From a candidate division FCPU426 bacterium (GTDB lineage: Bacteria > Oederibacteriota > JAAXVQ01 > JAUVAV01), in assembly GCA_030591525.1 (NCBI GenBank), contig JAUVAV010000009.1:16805-80804 (forward strand): a stretch of 64,000 nucleotides of DNA. Direction: 5' to 3'. A program made the position numbers and the translations under genes. Below are positions 1 to 8,876 of the stretch, in pieces; position 1 is the stretch's first letter; every line of letters begins with the position of its first letter. The notes under the pieces are model-generated. The model saw only the letters and a program-made list of their open reading frames with translations. It was not told the origin of the DNA and did not search any database.

Positions 1-19
1 ATTCAAACATGCCTGCTCC

Positions 20-898
20 TCACACCTCTATCCTTACGATCCGGCTGATAATCCAAGCGCCGATAATCTCCATGACCAGCCCGGCTCCCAGCATAACCAT
101 ACCCAGAGGATGACGGCAAAAGTTTGAAATTAATTCCGGATCCAAAAACCCTAACCCGATCAACAGCCCCAGGGGCAATAATCCCACGACCCAGCCTGAC
201 ATCTTGCCCTGCGCGGTCAAGGATGCAATCCGCCCTTTCAAACGAAACCGCTCCCTGATGGTTTCTATCTGACGGCCGGCCACCTCGGCCAGATTCCCGC
301 CGGTGCGCAGAGAAACCCCGGCCGCTACCACAAATAATTCCAGATCCTTATTATCCCATCGCTTGAGCATTTTTTCCAAGGCTTCCAGGGGCGGTAAACC
401 CAGGCGGCAATCCCGGACTACTTCTCCAAATTCCTCGGAAATCGGGCGCAAAGCTTCCTGGGCTACGACTTCCAAAGCCTGGACCAGCGATAGTCCGGCC
501 CGCAGGGAATTAGTGATTAATTCCAAAGCGTCCGGAAGCTGTATCTCCAGAGCATGAAATCGCCGGCCCTGCCAGATCGTCAGAATGAAAAGCGGGAATA
601 GAAAACCACCCGCGGCTGCCACTAATACCAGCAGGTAGGCTGCCGGAGAAGCCTGGGAGGCGTAGACCATTAAAAAACTACCCAGGCCCAGCAAAAACGC
701 CCCGGCCAAGCGCCAGCGATAAATCCGGCGATCATCCCAGCGCCGGCTGCCCTCTGGCTGCAGGCCGGAGGTACGGCGTATACTTCCGGCCTGCAGCCGG
801 GCCATAAATGCCACCCAGCGGCCGCGCCAGCCGGATTGCAATACCAAAACCGCCAGATAAACCGAGATAAAAATGAGAATGATAATGCTGTATTTCAC
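20..898 (-). CDS. tadB: Tad/Flp pilus assembly inner-membrane platform protein (TadB/TadC, T2SS GspF-like domain); GTG start
   Basis: Polytopic protein with a GspF-like cytoplasmic domain; lies immediately downstream of the CpaF ATPase as in tad loci. Confidence 0.7.
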   Translation of the reverse strand: MKYSIIILIFISVYLAVLVLQSGWRGRWVAFMARLQAGSIRRTSGLQPEGSRRWDDRRIYRWRLAGAFLLGLGSFLMVYASQASPAAYLLVLVAAAGGFLFPLFILTIWQGRRFHALEIQLPDALELITNSLRAGLSLVQALEVVAQEALRPISEEFGEVVRDCRLGLPPLEALEKMLKRWDNKDLELFVVAAGVSLRTGGNLAEVAGRQIETIRERFRLKGRIASLTAQGKMSGWVVGLLPLGLLIGLGFLDPELISNFCRHPLGMVMLGAGLVMEIIGAWIISRIVRIEV

Positions 899-904
899 GT
901 TTTC

Positions 905-3004
905 CTACTTCCTTTTGAAAATATCCGCCCGGACTTCAATGCCGCGTGTGACCAGCTCTTTTACAAATCCGGGCATATAACCGGCAGCCTTAAACTCTCC
1001 CTGCACCCGTCCGGCCTGGTCCAGACCGGTTTGTTTATAGATAAAAATATCCTTTAATACTATCTTGCCATCTTCCATGCCCGCTACTTCGGAAACCCTG
1101 GTCACTTTGCGCGAACCATCCTGAAGCCGGGACTGCTGTACAATAATATCCACAGCACCGGCAATCTGCTCGCGAATGGCCCTGACCGGCAGGTCCATAC
1201 CCGACATCAGGACCATGGTCTCCAGGCGGGTAATAGTATCGTGCGGCGAATTGGCATGCACCGTAGTGAGGGATCCGTCATGCCCGGTGTTCATGGCCTG
1301 CAGCATATCCAGCGCTTCTCCGCCCCGGCACTCGCCCACTACTATCCGGTCCGGCCGCATGCGCAGGCAATTACGCACCAGGTCCCGGATGGTAATTGCG
1401 CCCTGTCCTTCGATATTCGCGGACCGGGTCTCCAGAATCACAACATGCTGCTGGGGCAGATTCAATTCCGCGGTATCCTCGACTGTTACAATTCGTTCAC
1501 TTTCGGGTATATAAGCCGCTGCAATATTCAGCAGCGTGGTCTTGCCGGACCCGGTTCCACCGGAAATCACAATGTTTTTCCGGCCCCGCACGCAGGCTCC
1601 CAGAAATTCCGCCAAGGCCCGGTTAAGCGAGCCGAATTTTATTAAATCATCTACCCGGAGTCTTTGCTGCGAAAATTTCCGAATGGTCAGGGCCGGCCCT
1701 TTAAGCGCCAGGGGCGGAATAATCGCATTCACCCGCGAACCATCGGCCAGACGGGCATCCACGTACGGCTGACTCTCGTCTATCCGGCGGCCCAGCGGAG
1801 CAACAATGCGTTCAATCACGGTCATTAATTGCTTATCACTTAAAAAATGCCGGTCGGATAAAATCAGTTTTCCCGCTTTCTCAATGTATATTTGCTCCCG
1901 CCGGTTGACCATAATCTCCGTAACTTCGGGATCGCGCATAAGATTTTCCAGGGGACCAAGTCCCAAAACCTCGTCCACAACCTCCTGAACTAATTTTTCA
2001 CGCGCCTCCCGCCGGGTTAATTCCGGGACTTCCAAAGCCATCAGAGAAGCTACCACTGCCTCGACTTTTTCGCGCAGCAGAATCTGTCCCGCCGGGGCCG
2101 CGATCGTTTCGGAAGCCAGGGCCTTCAATTCGCTATTTTCCAAAACCAGATTATGAATTCGTTCCTTGATCTGCCCATAATCCGGTTTTGTTCCAGAGGG
2201 TTTGATATCTATGCCCGCTTCCGGACCCGGGGAGGCCTGAACGGACCCGGGTTCAATTTCCGCCAGCCGGCGCGCGAGCTCTTTAACTGCTTTAGCAAAA
2301 GGAGAGTTCGGAAACATGGCAATCAATTCACGCTGTTGGTTCAGGGCTTCGGTCGTTCGAAGATCAAATGGTATGTTGGCCAATACTTTATGACCGGGCA
2401 AGGCTTTTTCCATATCCTCGGGCCGCAGCGCTCCCGGCATATCGGCCCGATTCAGAATTAAGCCGATCTTAGCTGCCGGGAATTTCAGTTCCTGGTAATG
2501 CAAAACATGCTCCCGCTCCTGTTTTAATCCCACCAGATCCGGGGAACAAACCAGCAAAATTCGGTCACCCACATCCAACACGTTCAGTGCCAGGGAATCC
2601 CATCCGGTCAGCCCGTCAACCACTACAAAATCATAGGCCATCCGGAACAGTTCCAGGGCCCGCAAAATCTGATGGCTGGCGACCCCCATGGCGCCCGGTT
2701 CGCTTTCCGCCAATACCGCAACCTCTACTCCGCTCCGGGATCTGGGAAAGTAACCCCGGATAGTATTTTCATCGAAACGCGCGAGATTCCCGCTAAGTTC
2801 GGCCAAGGTCGGACCAACCGCCAGACCCCAGCGAAGATTATGTTCCCCACGAGCCTGGGGATCCAGGTCAAAAAGCATTACCCGGGACCTGCCGCGCCGG
2901 CCCAGCATGGCCGCTAAATTCTGGGCGAGCAAACTTTTACCCTCGCCGGCTTTACCGCCGTGAAATATGATTACGCGTCCGTTGGTTGTTTCCGCTTTGG
3001 TCAT
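905..3004 (-). CDS. cpaF: Fused CpaE/TadZ-like ParA/MinD ATPase domain (N-term) plus CpaF/TadA secretion ATPase (C-term)
   Basis: N-term deviant Walker A GGKAGEGKS and VVVDG (ParA/MinD fold); C-term VISGGTGSGKTTLLN Walker A with VirB11/CpaF-type downstream motifs; 699 aa. Confidence 0.85.
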   Translation of the reverse strand: MTKAETTNGRVIIFHGGKAGEGKSLLAQNLAAMLGRRGRSRVMLFDLDPQARGEHNLRWGLAVGPTLAELSGNLARFDENTIRGYFPRSRSGVEVAVLAESEPGAMGVASHQILRALELFRMAYDFVVVDGLTGWDSLALNVLDVGDRILLVCSPDLVGLKQEREHVLHYQELKFPAAKIGLILNRADMPGALRPEDMEKALPGHKVLANIPFDLRTTEALNQQRELIAMFPNSPFAKAVKELARRLAEIEPGSVQASPGPEAGIDIKPSGTKPDYGQIKERIHNLVLENSELKALASETIAAPAGQILLREKVEAVVASLMALEVPELTRREAREKLVQEVVDEVLGLGPLENLMRDPEVTEIMVNRREQIYIEKAGKLILSDRHFLSDKQLMTVIERIVAPLGRRIDESQPYVDARLADGSRVNAIIPPLALKGPALTIRKFSQQRLRVDDLIKFGSLNRALAEFLGACVRGRKNIVISGGTGSGKTTLLNIAAAYIPESERIVTVEDTAELNLPQQHVVILETRSANIEGQGAITIRDLVRNCLRMRPDRIVVGECRGGEALDMLQAMNTGHDGSLTTVHANSPHDTITRLETMVLMSGMDLPVRAIREQIAGAVDIIVQQSRLQDGSRKVTRVSEVAGMEDGKIVLKDIFIYKQTGLDQAGRVQGEFKAAGYMPGFVKELVTRGIEVRADIFKRK

Positions 3005-3036
3005 ATCTTTTCCTTTACCGCCTGCCGGTATTGAGA

Positions 3037-4008
3037 TTACTTGCCTACAATATGCGGAGTAACAAATATCACGAGTTCTGACTCTTCCCGCCTGATCAGG
3101 GAAGATTTAAATAAATAACCCAGAATCGGCAATTCCGAAAGGATGGGCAGACCCTTATGGATAACCTGGTGTTTTTCCTGAATCAAGCCGCCGATGATCA
3201 CCGTGGTCCCGGGCTGAACATGTATGGTAGTGGAAGCCCAGCGCGTTTTAATGGCCGGATTGCCCTGTATCATATGGGTAAAATCCGCGTCCGAGAGCTC
3301 TGCCCGTATCTCCGCATTAATCGCGCCGGTATTGTCGGCCCGGGGCAGGACGTCCAGGCTGACACCATATTTTTTCCATTCCACGTTCATCTGTCCAGTG
3401 GAGCTCACAGTAGAAACCGGAATCTCACCGCCCGAGGAAAAACTGGCTTTCCGGCCGGAAAGCGTCAGTAGTTTGGGCCGGGCCAATATTTTCGCATTTC
3501 CCTTTTCTACCAGGAGCTTGAGTAATAGATCCAGCTGGCCGCGCTGCAAGGTTCCGATGCCTTTCAGCGGCATGCTGCTTTCCACCAGAGACAATTTTCC
3601 CGCCGGCCCGACCAGCCTTTCCCAGTCCAGTCCCAGGTCCATATTCTCTGTTTTAGCGATTTCCATTACTTGCACATCTATCTGGATCATGGTCTGGGCA
3701 GCCTTACCGGTCGTTACTATTACTGAAGATATTTGCTTGCGGCCGTCAGCCTGCCACACAATTAAACTGGTGGAACCGACGGCTTTACCGTTGATCAATA
3801 GTTCGCGGTCGCTGATCTGCGTTAAATCCGCGATTTCCGGATTTCCAATAGCCACCCGTTGGGAAGATTCCACATTTACCACCCTCGCGCTGCCCACGGT
3901 TATCCTGATATCCTTGCCGGCCCAGGCGGAAAAAGGCGCCATGCCTATAATCATCAGGGTTAAAATAATCCGCTCCCAGTTGCCGCTTTTACATAAGCTT
4001 TTCCTCAT
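3037..4008 (-). CDS. cpaC: Tad pilus secretin CpaC/RcpA
   Basis: Signal peptide; secretin C-domain motif GGLIQE...LPILGYLF...VIFVTPHIV. Confidence 0.85.
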   Translation of the reverse strand: MRKSLCKSGNWERIILTLMIIGMAPFSAWAGKDIRITVGSARVVNVESSQRVAIGNPEIADLTQISDRELLINGKAVGSTSLIVWQADGRKQISSVIVTTGKAAQTMIQIDVQVMEIAKTENMDLGLDWERLVGPAGKLSLVESSMPLKGIGTLQRGQLDLLLKLLVEKGNAKILARPKLLTLSGRKASFSSGGEIPVSTVSSTGQMNVEWKKYGVSLDVLPRADNTGAINAEIRAELSDADFTHMIQGNPAIKTRWASTTIHVQPGTTVIIGGLIQEKHQVIHKGLPILSELPILGYLFKSSLIRREESELVIFVTPHIVGK

Positions 4009-4113
4009 CCCAACCTCCCGCTTAATTCTAAGTATTAGTCATGCGTTTTCCCTTACCGGATTATTCCTCACTGTTGCAATCCCTCGAAAGCTGAGACATA
4101 CCACCCACGAGAC

Positions 4114-4141
4114 GTAGGGGCGCACAGCCGTGCGCCCCTAC
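4114..4141. repeat. GTAGGGGC-core-GCCCCTAC perfect palindromic hairpin (family member 1 of 5)
   Basis: gtaggggcgcacagccgtgcgcccctac. Confidence 0.85.
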
Positions 4142-4169
4142 TATAACGAACGGGTATCATTTTCCCGCT

Positions 4170-4985
4170 TTATTGCACTCCCCGGATAATCCGGATTTTT
4201 CTCTTGGCCGGCTTGATTTCTTCCCGCCGGACTTTCATCAGCGGGCCCAGGACCGTACTTAAATTCTGGTCCGGCAAATCGATTAGATTATTATCCCCGA
4301 TTGATCGCAGAGCTAATTTCAAAAAACCTTCCTTCTCAGCCAGGGTCAAACGAACGGCATCCTCCGGCGTCACAGCCAGGCAAACCGTTATCGCTCTTCC
4401 TCCCCCGGAGAACGCGTCCGGCGAAGAAGGCGTTGGCTCATCCAGGGTGGTTTGCCCACCCACGGCGGTTATGGGGACATTCTGGATTAAAACCGCTGTG
4501 GTTGTCCGTTTGGCGTTTTTATATCTATGCTCAAAGGTCGCTAGCACATCCACGCGGTTACCGGGCTTTACATGTCCGCCCACAGCCGCGGCCGGATCAA
4601 GGGCCAGGGACACGATCCTCTGCCCCTCCGAAACCACGTCGGCAAAACCAGGACGGATTTTCGAGAGCTTGTTCGGAAGGATTTGCTCACCTTTAGCCAT
4701 TGGCACGACGGCAAACTGTCCCCGGAATTCCTGCCATTGCTTAACTACTCCCTTTTTATCCGGAGAAGAAATCGCCCCGGGCATAATATAAGCACCCGGA
4801 ATTTCGTCAATCCGAACTTTATCCGTGGTCAACACCGCGCCCCGGCTGATCGGCTTTTTAGCCACCAAGACCTTGACCGGCGTAACATCCGCCCTTACCT
4901 CGGCCTCTTTTTCCGTGATATAATAATATGTCATCAAGGCGGCAATCACGGCCAATAGCAGTGCAATCAAATTCTGTCTGCGCAT
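4170..4985 (-). CDS. cpaB: Flp pilus assembly protein CpaB/RcpC (SAF domain)
   Basis: N-term TM anchor, SAF-like domain; sits between pseudopilins and secretin. Confidence 0.75.
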   Translation of the reverse strand: MRRQNLIALLLAVIAALMTYYYITEKEAEVRADVTPVKVLVAKKPISRGAVLTTDKVRIDEIPGAYIMPGAISSPDKKGVVKQWQEFRGQFAVVPMAKGEQILPNKLSKIRPGFADVVSEGQRIVSLALDPAAAVGGHVKPGNRVDVLATFEHRYKNAKRTTTAVLIQNVPITAVGGQTTLDEPTPSSPDAFSGGGRAITVCLAVTPEDAVRLTLAEKEGFLKLALRSIGDNNLIDLPDQNLSTVLGPLMKVRREEIKPAKRKIRIIRGVQ

Positions 4986-5116
4986 AAAAATCCTCCTAAG
5001 TCTCGGTACCGGCCCACGGGTTCATGGGCACGCGAAATCTGTAACGGGCGGACATGGAAGTCCACCCCTACCAAAAACGTCATTATCACACTGTAGGGGG
5101 CCGGCAAACTACATAT

Positions 5117-5899
5117 TCACCGCATCTTGCTTTTAATATGTTCATCCACGTCGTCAAGCGGCTGAACCAGGCGCACGCGCCAATTATGATTCCAGGGCGA
5201 TGACCCGGTCATGACTGTATCATGAATTTCCGCCCGGCCGCGGGTTACCAGATCCGGCAGTTGCAGGTTTAAGCGCCGGCCGCCGATAATCGCATCCCGG
5301 ATCTGCCACTCCACGCGGGACTGCACTGCCCAGGGAGTTTCGATCGGCTCAAATTTCGTCAGCAGAGGAGCCCCCAATGGCACCGGAACCGGCTCCGGCG
5401 GCGGCGGAACATAATAACAACACAAGGACTCGGAAATAATCAAAAGCGGATTAATCTTCCAGGAGTATATTCCCAGCTTGGTGGACTCATTATCCAGTCC
5501 GTTTTCCGATCTGATACGGTTAATTATAGCTTTTATTTGGTTATTATATTTAAAAATCTCCGTCTTGATTACCGCCGGATTGGCAGCCAGCCCCAGGTTA
5601 TATAACCAGACATCCAGGATGGTATAAGGAATCGTCCGCTTGGTCCTTCCCACTAGTATGCCGTACTCAATTACACCGTTGATCTCCGTAATTTTGTTCA
5701 AAACCCGGGCCTGCCTGGCGGCTACGGACAGGGCCAGGGCATCAGCCGCGTTCTGGGCCCGGACCTTCATGGCGGCCAAATAAATAACATTTACCAAAAC
5801 CAGAGTAAACATGGTCAGCAACATCATCATGATTATTGTCATATATAAAATCTGGGCTTTTTCCTCTTGCCGCAAGCGCGGCCAGGTTTTGCTTTTCAT
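5117..5899 (-). CDS. TadG/TadE-like pseudopilin-family protein
   Basis: N-term hydrophobic TadE-like segment MTIIMMMLLTMFTLVLVNVIYLAAM; operon context. Confidence 0.55.
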   Translation of the reverse strand: MKSKTWPRLRQEEKAQILYMTIIMMMLLTMFTLVLVNVIYLAAMKVRAQNAADALALSVAARQARVLNKITEINGVIEYGILVGRTKRTIPYTILDVWLYNLGLAANPAVIKTEIFKYNNQIKAIINRIRSENGLDNESTKLGIYSWKINPLLIISESLCCYYVPPPPEPVPVPLGAPLLTKFEPIETPWAVQSRVEWQIRDAIIGGRRLNLQLPDLVTRGRAEIHDTVMTGSSPWNHNWRVRLVQPLDDVDEHIKSKMR

Positions 5900-6261
5900 C
5901 GAGGTTCGGTCCGAAAAAGGTCTGCCGGACAGGTATGCCTAACCTGGATATCCTTAATTACCGCGAAAATCGGTTTTAAGTGGTGGGTGACAATGTACCC
6001 TTGCCTCTGGCAAATGAATTCGGTTGGTCCCGGACTCAGCGAACGGCAAATCTCCCCAGCCACGCGCTTGGCATTAAACGTATCACCCTGGTCCATCCAG
6101 GCCTGGCGTCCAGCTTCATAGACCGCATCCTGTACCACAATATGGGCAATTCCTATCTGCACCAACTGGACGCAGCCCATAAAAAGAATGATCAGAATAG
6201 GAAGCGCTACTGCCGCTTCAATTAAAAGTTGGCCTTTCTGATCTCTTTTTAAATTCAACAT
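5896..6261 (-). CDS. tadE: TadE-like minor pilin
   Basis: N-term QLLIEAAVALPILIILF TadE motif; 4-bp overlap with the downstream gene. Confidence 0.65.
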   Translation of the reverse strand: MLNLKRDQKGQLLIEAAVALPILIILFMGCVQLVQIGIAHIVVQDAVYEAGRQAWMDQGDTFNAKRVAGEICRSLSPGPTEFICQRQGYIVTHHLKPIFAVIKDIQVRHTCPADLFRTEPR

Positions 6262-6352
6262 ACTGCCGGCCTGCTCCTTCAGTATAAAAATATTGCTCCT
6301 TTATATTATTAGACCTGGTTCCTCTGGTTTTCATTCAAAATTTAATATTGTT

Positions 6353-7930
6353 TTAGCGCACCACTACTATTTTGCGTTTTTTCTCGAAATCATCGGTTTT
6401 GGTATAAACTATATAAATACCGCTGGGAACCACCTGTCCCTTCCGGTCAATACCATCCCATACAGTCTCAAAGGTGCCCGCATTCATTACTCTATCAACC
6501 AGGGTTTTAACCAGTTTGCCGCCCCGGGTAAATATTTTGACAAGGACACGCTGAGTCCGATCTATCCTTATGGTAATGCGTACGGGCTGCCCAGTACTGG
6601 TTCGCAGCACATTCGGATGAACTATGAAAGGGCCTGCGGGAATAGCGGGCGTCAATTTTACAACCGCGGGAGTTTTAGTTACTACCGGCGCAACCTCCGT
6701 GGGCGTAGGGGACGGAGTACTTATCAGCGTAGAAACCGGAGTTGGTGTGGATACCACATAATATGCGGCATAGATTTGCAGAGCCGTTCCCGTTCCACTC
6801 TCCACCTCTTGCCAGCTCACATACGGTGTGTCGTTGTAAACAGCTATGGCGGGAGAATATGCGTTTTTTTCCGAATCGATATTTAAACTCCCTCCATCCT
6901 GCACCCATTTGGTTTCATTATTATCATAATGCTTGACATAGATTTGTTCGGCAGTTCCGTCACTCTCTTGCCAGCTCACATACGGTGTGCCGTCGTAAAC
7001 AGCTATGGCAGGAGAATATGCATCCTTGGATGTAATTACATTCAAACTTCCTCCATCCTGCACCCATTCGGTTTTATTATTATCATAATGCTTGACATAG
7101 ATTTGCTGGACCGTTCCGTTGTTCTCTTGCCAGCTCACATACGGTGTGCCGTTGTAAACAGCTATAGCGGGAGATCCCGCGTTTTCTGATTCAATTACAT
7201 TCAAACTCTCTCCCCCCACCCATAGGGACCCTTCCAAATATTTGACATAGATTTGATTCTTACTTCCGTTACTCTCTTGCCAGCTCACATACGGCGTGCC
7301 GTTGTAAACCGCTATGGCAGGAGATTCCGCGCTTTTTAATTCATCTACATTCAAACTCTTTGCCCCCCCCACCCATAGGGACCCTTCCAAATATTTGACA
7401 TAGATTTGATTCTTACTTCCGTTACTCTCTTGCCAGCTCACATACGGCGTGTCATTGTAAAAGGCTATGGCAGGAGATCCCGCGTTTTGAGATGGATCGT
7501 TAGTTAAACTCCCTACATCCAGTACCCATTCGCTCTTATTGTAATGTCTTACATTAATTTCGCTCAAACCGCTTACATTATCATACCAGCACACGTACAC
7601 CGTGCCCGCAGAGGATATAGCAATATCCGAGCTATGACACTGAATATTACAATTCCAACTTTCGCCATGACTCGACCAGGTATTGCCTTCAGCGTCAAAA
7701 CATTTGACGCAAATACTGTTTGTTTCCGCGTCGGGGTCATACTCGATCCAGTTTACATACGGTGTACCATTATATATAGCCAGACGTGGTGAATAAGCAT
7801 TGTTGTCCTTGTTCAAGTTTAGCGCTTCTTTTTCTTGACCAGCCTGTACCCAAGTCCTCTCTGTTGCCACGGCCCTGGCACTAAGCGCCAAGCACATAAG
7901 CATGGGTATAAAAAGAATACTTTTTCGCAT
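6353..7930 (-). CDS. Secreted repeat protein: seven ~50-aa tandem repeats (probable beta-propeller), Thr/Pro linker, T9SS type-A C-terminal sorting domain
   Basis: RBS AAAGGAGG before the internal ATG at 7930; signal peptide; repeats SPAIAVYNGTPYVSWQESNGSKNQIYVKY...; C-term ...WDGIDRKGQVVPSGIYIVY... matches the T9SS CTD pattern. Confidence 0.7.
   Translation of the reverse strand: MRKSILFIPMLMCLALSARAVATERTWVQAGQEKEALNLNKDNNAYSPRLAIYNGTPYVNWIEYDPDAETNSICVKCFDAEGNTWSSHGESWNCNIQCHSSDIAISSAGTVYVCWYDNVSGLSEINVRHYNKSEWVLDVGSLTNDPSQNAGSPAIAFYNDTPYVSWQESNGSKNQIYVKYLEGSLWVGGAKSLNVDELKSAESPAIAVYNGTPYVSWQESNGSKNQIYVKYLEGSLWVGGESLNVIESENAGSPAIAVYNGTPYVSWQENNGTVQQIYVKHYDNNKTEWVQDGGSLNVITSKDAYSPAIAVYDGTPYVSWQESDGTAEQIYVKHYDNNETKWVQDGGSLNIDSEKNAYSPAIAVYNDTPYVSWQEVESGTGTALQIYAAYYVVSTPTPVSTLISTPSPTPTEVAPVVTKTPAVVKLTPAIPAGPFIVHPNVLRTSTGQPVRITIRIDRTQRVLVKIFTRGGKLVKTLVDRVMNAGTFETVWDGIDRKGQVVPSGIYIVYTKTDDFEKKRKIVVVR
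6760..7560. repeat. Near-identical ~150-159 bp tandem DNA repeats inside the repeat-protein gene
   Basis: The unit tgacatagatttg...ctcttgccagctcacatacggtgtgccgttgtaaacagctatggc recurs at 6934, 7093, 7243 and 7396. Confidence 0.8.
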
Positions 7931-8258
7931 TTTAAACGCCTCCTTTTTATATTCCCTACTGTAATGAATAACTCGGCGCCCCAGCGCAGGAGCTGCCCTC
8001 AATTCCCATTCCTCCCGGAAGCATCGCTGATTTTAACCGCCTATTTAATTATCATTCATTTTCTTCCGGATTTCAATCCCAGAATTCATCCCAACCAACT
8101 TTCTCTAAATCAGCATAATCTATTAGCCGTTAGTTATGGCATAACCGGCATAGGAAAAGCACGCAATCATCGCGATTATAAGTTGCACTTTAAGTATAAT
8201 TGAGCAATGATATAAAAAATTCTCTTCAGATTCCCGGAATAAAAGGAGGCTGACAAGC

Positions 8259-8876
8259 ATGAATAAAATGAATTTTATCATCCTGGCTTTTCTGGTTGCG
8301 GCTATCGGCCTGGTGCTGTTTCTCAGCCATCCCCGGAGTCTTAAAAAATACGATTACTTGAAAAATCCCCGGATCACAACCCTGCCCCGTCAAAAAATGA
8401 TCATTGTGGAGGCCCAGGGCGATCCGGCAATAATCTCGGAAAAATCCATTTCCCTTCTGTTTAAAACCTTCTTTTCATTTAAGCATGCTGTTAAAGGATT
8501 AAAATATACCCCTCCCCGGGCACGCTGGCCCAAGCCTTTTGATGCACCGCAAGAGGAATGGATCGGGATTTTCGGATTGGCCGTGCCCGAGGCGGTTGCA
8601 AGTCTGCCGGAATCAATCCAAAAAAAGCATCCTTCAATTAAACTTGCCTATTGGGAGTACGGTGAAGTCGCTGAAATTCTGCATATCGGAGCCTACAGCG
8701 AAGCCAGCGCCACGCGGGCCCGGCTCCATGAATTCATTAAGACCCGTGGATATCAGCCAATCGGCGCGCCGGAGGAGATATATATCAAAGGACCCGGCAA
8801 GTTTTTTAAAAGCTATACCAAAAAACTCCGGACCATTCTCCGGCAGCGAATTGAAAAAAATGAAGTCTCCCCATAG
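8259..8876 (+). CDS. Membrane-anchored GyrI-like small-molecule-binding domain protein
   Basis: RBS AAAAGGAGG; N-term TM; ILHIGAYSE and GAPEEIYIKGPG motifs typical of GyrI-like domains. Confidence 0.5.
   Translation: MNKMNFIILAFLVAAIGLVLFLSHPRSLKKYDYLKNPRITTLPRQKMIIVEAQGDPAIISEKSISLLFKTFFSFKHAVKGLKYTPPRARWPKPFDAPQEEWIGIFGLAVPEAVASLPESIQKKHPSIKLAYWEYGEVAEILHIGAYSEASATRARLHEFIKTRGYQPIGAPEEIYIKGPGKFFKSYTKKLRTILRQRIEKNEVSP

Noticed and set aside
303-557. Numerous plus-strand ORFs of 60-230 aa lying antisense inside the long minus-strand genes (e.g. 303-557, 1176-1645, 3224-4117, 14905-15579, 18709-19407, 20065-20547, 21174-21800)
   Set aside because: They are fully contained in or overlap well-supported genes on the opposite strand, have no RBS, and their composition (Arg/Ser/Pro-rich) is typical of GC-rich antisense frames.
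4082-4113. Possible sigma-54 promoter (TGG...TTGCA) in the conserved hairpin flank GTCTCGTGGGTGGTATGTCTCAGCTTTCGAGGGATTGCAAC
   Set aside because: The GG/GC spacing does not fit the -24/-12 consensus, and the TTGCA is absent from the other copies.
6760-7560. Regularly spaced ~150-bp DNA repeats that might look like a CRISPR array
   Set aside because: Repeats are about 150 bp with no short unique spacers, are in-frame protein-coding repeats of the beta-propeller gene, and no cas genes are present.
8539-8859. Long N-terminal extension of the PAP2 ORF overlapping the GyrI-like gene in another frame
   Set aside because: The PAP2 signal peptide begins at the internal ATG 8860 (MKSPHSRL...). The extension has no features of a coding sequence, and 8259-8876 is the better-supported gene.
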